Below, in pieces: positions 18,359-27,400 of a stretch of 64,000 bases of DNA (its first letter is position 1; every line of letters starts with the position of its first letter). The stretch spans positions 352,001 to 416,000 of the forward strand of contig CAXXMV010000001.1 of the NCBI GenBank assembly GCA_963662285.2, given 5' to 3'. This DNA comes from a bacterium (GTDB taxonomy: Bacteria; Hinthialibacterota; Hinthialibacteria; Hinthialibacterales; Hinthialibacteraceae). A program made the position numbers and the translations under genes. A model generated the notes under the pieces. It saw only the letters and a program-made list of their open reading frames with translations. It did no database searches and was not told the origin of the DNA.

Positions 18359-19447
18359 TTAGAATGAGTTTAATTCGGAATCTCCGTAGTTGGAATCCTC
18401 GGAGATTGGTGATGCGGTCAGTTCAATGAATTTCTCTATGATTGCATTTCTTAATATTTCGATGCCGTCTTTCTGTAGCGCGGATATAGTAAAAATGGAG
18501 TCTAGAGGAATATCAGGATTCGCTTCGCAAAATGTTTGCTTCACCATCTGCAACTCTTCTTCATCATCCAGCAAATCTGTTTTATTGAGGACGATTAAAT
18601 ATGGTCTTTCAATGATAGAGGCGTCGTACTGCTTTATTTCGTGCTGCAAGGCTTTGAATGATTCCACGGGAATAGATGGATCATGAGGCGATATTTCGAT
18701 CACATATATAAGTATCTTGGTACGTTCAATATGGCGCAGAAAATCAAGTCCTAATCCGATTCCTGCATGAGCGCCTTCAATAATTCCAGGTATATCAGCA
18801 ATTATTAAACTCTCTCCATCGAGTAGAGTTATTGTGCCTAGAATGGGCTGAAGGGTGGTGAATGGATAATTGGCTATACGCGGTCGGGCGCGGGTTACGG
18901 TAGATATAAGAGTTGATTTCCCCGCATTGGGCAGGCCAATAAGACCCACATGGGCTACCATTTTCAGTTCGACAACAACAGTTAATTCTTCACCAGGCTT
19001 GCCCTCAGTTGATTTTCTGGGCGCTTGATTGGTGGAGGTGGCGTAACGCGCATTACCTCTGCCGCCATGTCCTCCCTGAGCGATAACGGCGGTATCCCCG
19101 GCATCCTCCATATCAACGATCATATCTCCGGTCTCTTCATTTATGACAATTGTTCCGGGAGGAACTTCGAGGATAATATCTTCTCCGTAAGCGCCTGAGC
19201 GTTTGTTAGGGCCGCCTTTTTGGGCATTTTCAGCTTTATAAGACGGTTGGCTGTGCAACTTCTCCAGAGTATTCATGCCTGGATTTATGCGAAACAATAT
19301 CGAACCGCCGTCGCCGCCATCGCCTCCGTCCGGACCGCCCATGGGGACGTATTTCTCATGACGAAACGAGGTAATCCCATCGCCTCCGTCTCCAGCTTTA
19401 AGACGAAGCCTGATCCGGTCAATAAATGAATTTTCAAAATGAGCCAT
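18359..19447 (-). CDS. obgE: GTPase ObgE/CgtA
   Basis: Gly-rich Obg domain (GGPDGGDGGDGG), GLPNAGKST, YPFTTL, DIPG, NKTD. Confidence 0.97.
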   Translation of the reverse strand: MAHFENSFIDRIRLRLKAGDGGDGITSFRHEKYVPMGGPDGGDGGDGGSILFRINPGMNTLEKLHSQPSYKAENAQKGGPNKRSGAYGEDIILEVPPGTIVINEETGDMIVDMEDAGDTAVIAQGGHGGRGNARYATSTNQAPRKSTEGKPGEELTVVVELKMVAHVGLIGLPNAGKSTLISTVTRARPRIANYPFTTLQPILGTITLLDGESLIIADIPGIIEGAHAGIGLGLDFLRHIERTKILIYVIEISPHDPSIPVESFKALQHEIKQYDASIIERPYLIVLNKTDLLDDEEELQMVKQTFCEANPDIPLDSIFTISALQKDGIEILRNAIIEKFIELTASPISEDSNYGDSELNSF

Positions 19448-19601
19448 TCTTTTTTTATGCGCCTGTTCTTGTTTTTATAATTTCCATTGATGGTTATCAT
19501 ATCTGTTTGTTTTTCCTGAGGAAGGACGATGACTTTTACCAATGGCAATTCTAAAATAGCATGACGCATCATTCCCGATCAAGAATAAGGTTAAAACCGA
19601 T

Positions 19602-20249
19602 ATGTCAGATTATGCTGATCAATTGATTGATCCCCGGCATCCTGAGGGGATGTTCGATTTCCTGCGTCCCTGCGCTGAAAGCCAATTATTGGCTGATTTC
19701 GTCCATATAAACGCCGGAGATCACGTCTTGGATATTGGATGCGGCAGCGGCTATTTGACATTGTTTCTGGCATGGCGCTTCCCGCAATGCAACACAGTAA
19801 CCGGCGTAGACATCAATCAGGATTTGATTATGCAAGCGGAGAAGAATAATCAGATCATCCAGCAGCGCATCAAACATAACTCTCCTGAAATCCATTTTAT
19901 CGCTGCAGATGCAACTGTAATGACTGACATTGATCATCATTTTGATGTTTTAGTTAGCAATCCGCCATTTTTCAATGCTGAGGCGGGTCGCATCGCCGAA
20001 TCGCAACAGCGTCGTCAGGCCAGACAAGATGTGACTTTGACATTGGAAGATTTATTGCAATGCGCGGCCCGGTTATTAAAAGATAATGGACGCTTTTACA
20101 TGGTCATACCATCAATACGCATCAGTGAACTCGAAAACACTATACATGACGGGGGCATGAGCATCCATGATATCCGCTCATGCCCTGATATCCGTAAACG
20201 GTCCGGCGGGATTAGTTTGGTTGAGATTATCAATCGAGCACGGTCTTAA
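19602..20249 (+). CDS. SAM-dependent methyltransferase, tRNA1(Val) m6A37 (TrmN6/YfiC)-like
   Basis: VLDIGCGSG and VSNPPFF motifs; [11 protein letters not shown]. Confidence 0.75.
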   Translation: MSDYADQLIDPRHPEGMFDFLRPCAESQLLADFVHINAGDHVLDIGCGSGYLTLFLAWRFPQCNTVTGVDINQDLIMQAEKNNQIIQQRIKHNSPEIHFIAADATVMTDIDHHFDVLVSNPPFFNAEAGRIAESQQRRQARQDVTLTLEDLLQCAARLLKDNGRFYMVIPSIRISELENTIHDGGMSIHDIRSCPDIRKRSGGISLVEIINRARS

Positions 20250-21165
20250 AGTACTCAATTGTTTTAGCAAGCCCGTCACGCAGGCTGACTTGCGGCTCCC
20301 ACTTTAGATACTCTTTGGCTTTGCTGATATCCGGCTGGCGTACTTTAGGATCATCTTCGGGTAGATCATTATATTCAATGACGCTCTTTGATCCGGTCAA
20401 TTCCAACACCAATTCGCCCAATTGCTTAACCGTCATTTCAAAAGGATTCCCGATATTAACTGGAAAGTTTATATCGGATTCCAATAGCCTGATTATGCCT
20501 TCCACCTCATCGGATACAAAGCAGAACGAGCGCGTCTGGCTGCCGTCTCCAAAAACGGATAGAGGCTTGTTTTGCAGGGCTTGAGTGATGAAAGTGGAAA
20601 CCACCCGCCCATCCATGACCCGCATACGCGGTCCATAAGTATTGAAAATGCGCACGATGCGCGTTTCAACGTTGTGATAGCGGTGATATGCCATTGTCAT
20701 GGCCTCAGCAAAGCGCTTGGCTTCATCATAGACGCCGCGAGGACCAATAGGATTAACGTTGCCCCAATACTCCTCCTGTTGAGGATGGATCAAGGGGTCG
20801 CCGTATACTTCTGAAGTTGACGCAATGAGAAACCGGGCGTTCTTCTCTTTGGCCAATCCCAAGGCTTTATGCGTACCCAAAGAGCCGACTTTCAGGGTTT
20901 GGATAGGCAGTTTCAAATAATCAATCGGGCTGGCTGGAGACGCGAAATGTAGAATATTATCAATCTCGCCGGGGATATGAATGTAATTGGTAACATCCTG
21001 ATTAATGAATAAAAATCCTTCTTGTCCGAACAAATGCTCGATGTTCCTTAAATCTCCAGTAATGAGGTTATCCATACAGATAACTTCATGTCCACGTTTC
21101 AACAGCGCATCGGCTAAATGAGACCCTAAAAAACCGGCGCCGCCGGTAATCAATGTACGAGGCAT
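20230..21165 (-). CDS. UDP-glucuronate decarboxylase (UDP-xylose synthase) family SDR
   Basis: [32 protein letters not shown]; GGAG RBS before ATG 21165. Confidence 0.92.
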   Translation of the reverse strand: MPRTLITGGAGFLGSHLADALLKRGHEVICMDNLITGDLRNIEHLFGQEGFLFINQDVTNYIHIPGEIDNILHFASPASPIDYLKLPIQTLKVGSLGTHKALGLAKEKNARFLIASTSEVYGDPLIHPQQEEYWGNVNPIGPRGVYDEAKRFAEAMTMAYHRYHNVETRIVRIFNTYGPRMRVMDGRVVSTFITQALQNKPLSVFGDGSQTRSFCFVSDEVEGIIRLLESDINFPVNIGNPFEMTVKQLGELVLELTGSKSVIEYNDLPEDDPKVRQPDISKAKEYLKWEPQVSLRDGLAKTIEYFKTVLD

Positions 21166-21268
21166 TCTTTTCTCCATTTTTAATTTTGATGATCCAACAG
21201 TTCTGATAGCATATATAAACAATAACAATAATTAAACGATTAAAAAGCCTGATAGTTATTCACTAGTT

Positions 21269-22048
21269 TTAATCAAACTTATATTCCGTCCGTATATCAG
21301 ATAGCGCCGGGAACTGCTGACGGTACTTAACCAGCGCCGGGTAATCCAATTCTGCATGGATTACAGTCTCTTCACTCTGCGCATCAGCGATAACGACGCC
21401 CAGGGGATCAATTATCTGGCTTCGACCAGAATAAGTATGCTCAGGATCATTTCCACAACGGTTTACGCCGATGATATAAGCCTGGTTCTCGATAGCCCTC
21501 GCCCTTAACAGAGCCATCCAATGCTCTTCACGGGCCTCAGGCCAGCAGGCCATTACTACATACATATCAGCGCCTAGTTGAACTGAATGCCGGAAGATTT
21601 CAGGAAACCGCAGATCATAGCAAAGAAAAGGCGCGACAGTGAAATCGCCCCACGGAAATAATGCGATCTTGTCGCCTGGATTATAGTAATCAGTCTCCCG
21701 CGCAAACGAAAAGGGATGCAACTTGCAGTATCGAGCTATTCTGTTACCTGCGGGATCAATTACTGAGGCGACGTTTTTTCCACGATCATCTGAAGCCAGA
21801 GTAACCAGTCCGCCGATGACGGTGGATTGGCGTCGTTTAGCCGTTTCACGCAGGAATTGCTCAGTCTCATTATTTTCACTTTCACAAATATCCTTAACAT
21901 TCAAACTGAAACCGGTGGAGAACATTTCTGAAAGAACGATCATGCTGCCCGGTTCGACATTGGCATCATCTAAAAGTTTGGTAACCTTATCGAAATTAGC
22001 CGTTTTATCTTCCCATACAGTATTTAATTGGATTCCATATACATGCAT
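21269..22048 (-). CDS. Carbon-nitrogen hydrolase (omega-amidase, Nit2/YafV-like)
   Basis: E-K-C triad: SEMFSTGF, YCKLHPF, LCYDLRFPE; RARAIENQ. Confidence 0.88.
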   Translation of the reverse strand: MHVYGIQLNTVWEDKTANFDKVTKLLDDANVEPGSMIVLSEMFSTGFSLNVKDICESENNETEQFLRETAKRRQSTVIGGLVTLASDDRGKNVASVIDPAGNRIARYCKLHPFSFARETDYYNPGDKIALFPWGDFTVAPFLCYDLRFPEIFRHSVQLGADMYVVMACWPEAREEHWMALLRARAIENQAYIIGVNRCGNDPEHTYSGRSQIIDPLGVVIADAQSEETVIHAELDYPALVKYRQQFPALSDIRTEYKFD

Positions 22049-22053
22049 ATTGA

Positions 22054-23223
22054 TTACGCTCCTACTATTTCCTTAAGACCTTGAGTCAATCGGCTTATTC
22101 CTTCAATAGCGGTCTCTTTCTGCAGCGCCCCGTAGGATAAACGAAAATATCCGCTCTCTTTCATGCCAAATGATTGACCGGGCATGACGGCCACGCCATA
22201 TTCCCTTATAAGCCGTTCGGCCAGTTGCATCTCGCTCATTTTGGCATCAACTTTAATTAAAAGATAGAAGGCGCCCTGAGTATGAGCCGCACTGCATAAA
22301 TCGGCAATTTTATCTAATTCTTGTAACATGATACGCCGCACATCGGCTTTATCTGGTAAAAACTTACGGCAGTAAGCTGCGCCAGCCTGCATGGCGCCAT
22401 AAGCGGCGTATTGCGAAACCAGCGGCGGGCAGATCAGAATTGTATCCTGTATCTTTTTGATAGAAACATTCAGGTGCGCCGGATAAACCATATAGCCAAT
22501 CCGCCAGCTGGCGAAACCATAGGCTTTAGAGAGTGAAAAAAGTGATATGGTATGATCGGCGGCTTGCTGCATTGATCCAGGCGAGAAATGCTCGGCGCCG
22601 TCATAAGTAAAATACTCATAGGCTTCGTCATTTATATGGTAAATACCGCGTTCCTGGCATAAGCGGTTTATCTCGCGCAGGGTTGAAGCAGGGTAAACCG
22701 CTCCAGATGGATTATTGGGCGAGACGGAAACCACGGCGCGGGTTTTATCGGTTATAGCGGCATCGATTGCGCCCAGCTCTGCTTGATAATCTACGCTGGT
22801 CTGAGCGTAAACCGGAACACCTCCTGCGATTTGAATGGCCATCTCATGATTGAAATAATAGGGCGTCAACAAGATGATCTCATCTCCGGGATCAGTGATA
22901 GCCAGGACGGCATTCATGAAAGCCATATTACCGCCAGCGGTGACGCAAAACTCCGATGCTCCATTGCCAACTGTTATGTTATTCTCTTTTCTCAATTTAT
23001 CTTTAATGAGTTGACGCAGCTGAGGGATTCCTTCTACGGCGTGATATTTATGGTTTTCTGGATTCTTCAAAAACTGTTCTATCTGATCAATGGCCTGCTG
23101 AGGCGGCCCATAATGAACCACTCCCTGACCAAGAGAGATGGTTCCAGGGTGATTTCTGACCATGTCGCCAATGATGGGGATGATCGGCGATTGCACCTGC
23201 TGCATTCGTAGTATTTCTCGCAT
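22054..23223 (-). CDS. PLP-dependent aminotransferase class I/II
   Basis: SPNNPSG, DEAYEYF, SLSKAYGFASWRIGY. Confidence 0.92.
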   Translation of the reverse strand: MREILRMQQVQSPIIPIIGDMVRNHPGTISLGQGVVHYGPPQQAIDQIEQFLKNPENHKYHAVEGIPQLRQLIKDKLRKENNITVGNGASEFCVTAGGNMAFMNAVLAITDPGDEIILLTPYYFNHEMAIQIAGGVPVYAQTSVDYQAELGAIDAAITDKTRAVVSVSPNNPSGAVYPASTLREINRLCQERGIYHINDEAYEYFTYDGAEHFSPGSMQQAADHTISLFSLSKAYGFASWRIGYMVYPAHLNVSIKKIQDTILICPPLVSQYAAYGAMQAGAAYCRKFLPDKADVRRIMLQELDKIADLCSAAHTQGAFYLLIKVDAKMSEMQLAERLIREYGVAVMPGQSFGMKESGYFRLSYGALQKETAIEGISRLTQGLKEIVGA

Positions 23224-23382
23224 TATGAACCTTCCATATTGTTTACAGAGTTAGAACATCATATCCGGTCATCAGCAGAAATTCAAAGGAATCGCCTTTG
23301 CCCCTGCTCGATGCTAAACTGATTCATAATAGTTTACTGTTACTATCTGTGGTTGGACGATTCCAGAAAAAATATCTCTATT

Positions 23383-24354
23383 ATGACAAAAAAAGATATA
23401 CGCCTTTATAACATGGATTGCATAGAGGGCTGCCAAAAGCATATCGCTGACGCCTCAGTCGATCTGATCATTACTGATCCCCCTTATGGCATCAACGGCG
23501 ACTCACTGCATAAGCATTACAACCGCAAAGAGAATTTTGTGCTTGATGGTTATATCGAGGTTCCAGAGAAGGAATATGCCGCATTCAGCGAACAATGGAT
23601 CAAGCAGGCGGAGAGGATACTACGTCCAGGCGGTTCGATTTACATCGTTTCCGGCCACACCAACCTGATCCATATCCTGAATGCTCTGCGTAAAACCAAG
23701 TTGCAGGAAATAAATCACATCATTTGGAAATATAATTTCGGGGTCTATACCAGGCAAAAATACGTAACCTCTCATTACCACATTCTCTACTATTGCAAAC
23801 CGGGCGGCGCCCGAACATTCAATACTCTTTGCAGGTTTGGCTCATTAGAAAAGAACGGGAATAATGGCTCTCTTAACTATCTTGACCGGGAAGACGTCTG
23901 GATTATCAACCGTGAATACCAACCGGGCAAAATCAAGAACAAAAACCAATTACCCTCTGCACTACTGCAAAAAATGATCTTATACAGCAGCAATGAGTCA
24001 GACGTAGTCTGCGATCTTTTTCTCGGTGGATTCTCCACTGCTAAAACAGCTATAGGCTTAAACCGAATGGCCTGGGGCTTTGAATTAAGCAAGACGGCTT
24101 TTGATCATGGCAAAAAAGAGACCGCAAAAGTAAGGCGGGGAAACTTATTAAAGACTCTGCAACTCCCTGAAAAAGAATCACATGCCAACCAGGGCAAGCC
24201 TTGGACTGATACAGATTTCGAAGCATTAGCAGCGCGTTATGATTTCTTCTATGAGAAGCACAAAACCAAGAGAAAAGCTATTGATGAACTATCCCAAGAA
24301 CTAGGACGTGGATATTTCGCCATCCTCAACGCATTAAAAAAAATTGGGCGTTAA
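23383..24354 (+). CDS. Orphan N6-adenine/N4-cytosine DNA methyltransferase (beta class) with C-terminal HTH-like domain
   Basis: ITDPPY precedes the SAM motif DLFLGGFST; no nuclease gene nearby. Confidence 0.85.
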   Translation: MTKKDIRLYNMDCIEGCQKHIADASVDLIITDPPYGINGDSLHKHYNRKENFVLDGYIEVPEKEYAAFSEQWIKQAERILRPGGSIYIVSGHTNLIHILNALRKTKLQEINHIIWKYNFGVYTRQKYVTSHYHILYYCKPGGARTFNTLCRFGSLEKNGNNGSLNYLDREDVWIINREYQPGKIKNKNQLPSALLQKMILYSSNESDVVCDLFLGGFSTAKTAIGLNRMAWGFELSKTAFDHGKKETAKVRRGNLLKTLQLPEKESHANQGKPWTDTDFEALAARYDFFYEKHKTKRKAIDELSQELGRGYFAILNALKKIGR

Positions 24355-24358
24355 AAGG

Positions 24359-24390
24359 AAACGGGAACGCTTAAACTCGTTCCCGTTTTT
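24359..24390 (+). terminator. Rho-independent terminator (possibly bidirectional)
   Basis: AAACGGGAACG-N8-CGTTCCCGTTT followed by TT; between convergent genes. Confidence 0.8.
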
Positions 24391-24423
24391 ATTGTTGGCC
24401 AAAACCAAACCTACATTATGTTT

Positions 24424-27400
24424 CTAGGGTTCAATCCATTCCAAAAATTTAACCGGGCCTTTATGGCTGAATGGTCCATCATTCGATCCGTCTGAAAAGA
24501 GAATATATAAATAGAACTGATATGATTTTCCGAATTCAGGTCCATTCCAATACTTGGGATTTATCTTGGGAGCGTTAACTTTCCACTCATAGAAGTCTAC
24601 GTTAGCGCTTGCCGTACGTCCCAGATATTCGGGATTGCCGCCATTAACCGAAATATATATATGATAATCGGTTACATCTTCATAAGCGAAATTCCACCGA
24701 ATCACCAGGTCGCGGTTACTGCCGATATCATAGTCTTCTCCATTGCTGAGACCGATGAAGTCATGAGTATGATCCGCCACAATCATGCTATTTGGAGCTA
24801 TACGCGGCGTTGGAGTTACCGTTGGAGTCGGCGTTACAGTCGGTATAGGGCTTCCTTCTGCTTCATATAAAACGATGCTATCAGTACGAATCAACGCCGT
24901 AGACAGGTCTTGTCTTATACCAAATACTGAAAAACTGTACTGCGACCCGAATTGCGGACCTTGTAGAAACATCGGAGATATCCCTGATCCGTTTTCGCGC
25001 CATTCCATAGAAGTAATGTCTCCGCTGCCTGTACGGGCCAGGAAGAAATCTACCGAACCTTGAACGCTGACGTATACATGATAGTCTATCATTCCTTCTT
25101 CGGAGAAGTTCCAATGAATAGCCAGGGCGCGATCAGACTCTTCGTCCTTATCATATAGCCCAACCAGATTTTCATTCGATCCAAAATCATCCGTTACATA
25201 AACTTTATTATCCGGAACAAAGAAATTAACTGGCGTATTGGTGGGTGTTGGCGTAGCCGTAGCCGTGGCCGTAGGCGTCGGCGTCGGATTAAAAGAACTT
25301 TGATAGAACATTTCATCCTCGGCAATGAGAGATGTGAAAGGAGCGCCTTCTTTCAAACCAAAGATAATGAAAAGATACCGGTTGCCGAACTGCGGTTCCA
25401 GCCAATCCAGATAACTTATGTCCGAAGTTCCGGTTCGCCCGATATAGTTAGGATCACCGTCATTGATTTTAACATATACATGATAATCAATTACATCAGG
25501 ATCAACCATATTCCAACGAATAGTAAGAGAACGTTGGTTAGCTGCATCCTGATCGAATGATCCAATCAGGTTTTCTGTAGACCATAGATTATCCGTTACA
25601 ACAATTGAATTTTCCGGAACGTCAAAAATAACCGAACCCACTGTCGGAGTTGGAGTGGGCAACTCTGCTGTCTGATAAAAAACTCTTTTCTTGGTTGTGA
25701 GTGGAACTGACGCAGCGCCATCAATGATGGCGTAAACCTGGAAAGAATAGAAGTTGCCGAATTGCGGTTCAGTCCAATTGAAGAATTTTATTTCTGGATT
25801 CCTTGATTGTCCGATAAATACGGGGTCACCATTGTTGGTGCGAACATAGACATGGTAACTCAAGATATTTTCGGCCTGGATATTCCATCGAATCGCCAAT
25901 TGACGATTATCAACATCATCAATATCGGTTCCACCCAACAGGTCTTCAGTGGTTTGCAAAGTATCGGTTACATATATGGTATTGGCTGGAACATCTACAG
26001 GTACGGCTGTTGGAGTCGGCGTCGCGGTGAATGTCGGCGTCGGCGTCGCTGTCGGCGTAAAGGTCGGCGTAAGCGTAAAGGTTGGCGTATTGGTAAATGT
26101 AGGAGTCGGCGTATAGGTCGGAGTGAATGTCGACGTCGCCGTTGGAGTAGGAGTAGCGTCAACCGTTTCGGCGATATCCCATATACGCAATGAACCATCA
26201 CTTCCACCGCTCAAAAAACTGCGTCCATTTGGAGCGAAAACAACTGAATTGACGGTTGCATTATGCCCTTTGAATTCATCAAGCACCAACATTTGCTCAA
26301 GATTCCAAAGTTTGATAGTTTCGTCGCCGCTGACCAGAAGCCAAGGTTTAATTGGTGAAAAAGCAACTGCATTAACAACGCCGGGAGTATTAAATGAAAC
26401 AATCAGGTCACGGCTTGCATGATCCCATACATAAACCATGTGATCCGAAAATCCCGCTGCAATTTGAGCGCCATCAATCGACACCGCAACCGAAAGGGCG
26501 GGGATGCCATTGCCTCCCAGGGCGAAAACTGGTTCGCCTGATAACATATTCCATTCAGCAACCATGCCATTATCATCTGCAAGAAGGAAAGTTATCCCGT
26601 CTGGTGAAATTGTCAGGGCGTTTATAGCGGCGGTTTGTTGATCATAAACATTAATCGTTTTGCCGCTGGAAACATCCCACAGGCGCACCGTTTTATCGCT
26701 GCTGCCAGTCAGGATTCGGCTGCCATCCGGAGTAAACGCGACGGCGTCAACACTGCCAGTGTGTCCCAGAAAAATTCGCTTTACTTCACCGCTGCCGGCA
26801 TCCCATAGGACAGCGGTAGTGTCATCGCTTCCAGTTAGCACCTGCGTACCATCAGGCGAATAAGCGATAGCATTAATGGCGCTGTCATGCACTGTATCAA
26901 AAGAACGCAGAATCGCTCCGGTGCTTTCCCGCCATACCCGCACCAGATTATCCACTCCACCCGATGCGATTTGTAATCCATCCGGTGAATATACTGCGGC
27001 ATTAATTCCACTGGTGTGTCCACTAAGAGATTGTACTTTTTGGCCAGTTGATGCATCGAAGACTTGCAGCGAGTTATCATCACCAACAACCGCTACCCGC
27101 GTCCCATTGGGAGAGAAGGACAGAGATAAAACCTTAGCGCTGCCGCTGAGTAAGGTGTGGATAAACTCACCGGAAGTCAAATCGGCCAGTTTGGCGCCGC
27201 CGCTGCCGCCTAGCGCCGCCGTACTGCCATCAGAAGAGAGATCGACAGAATTTACAGAACCGCTTTTGAATGAATTTAATACCGCTCCGGTTTGTATATC
27301 CCATAACTTAGCGGTTGTATCAAGGCTGCCGGTGAATATGGCGTCGCCGCTCGCTGAAAAAGCCACTGATTGCACAGCGCTGCTATGACCGCTGAATGTA

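Noticed and set aside
23383-24354. Restriction-modification or anti-phage defence system
   Set aside because: Neighbours are an aminotransferase and a secreted WD40 protein; no nuclease or other defence gene is present.
26005-26160. Repetitive GGCGT/GGAGT DNA as a non-coding repeat
   Set aside because: Encodes the Pro/Thr linker of the WD40 protein.
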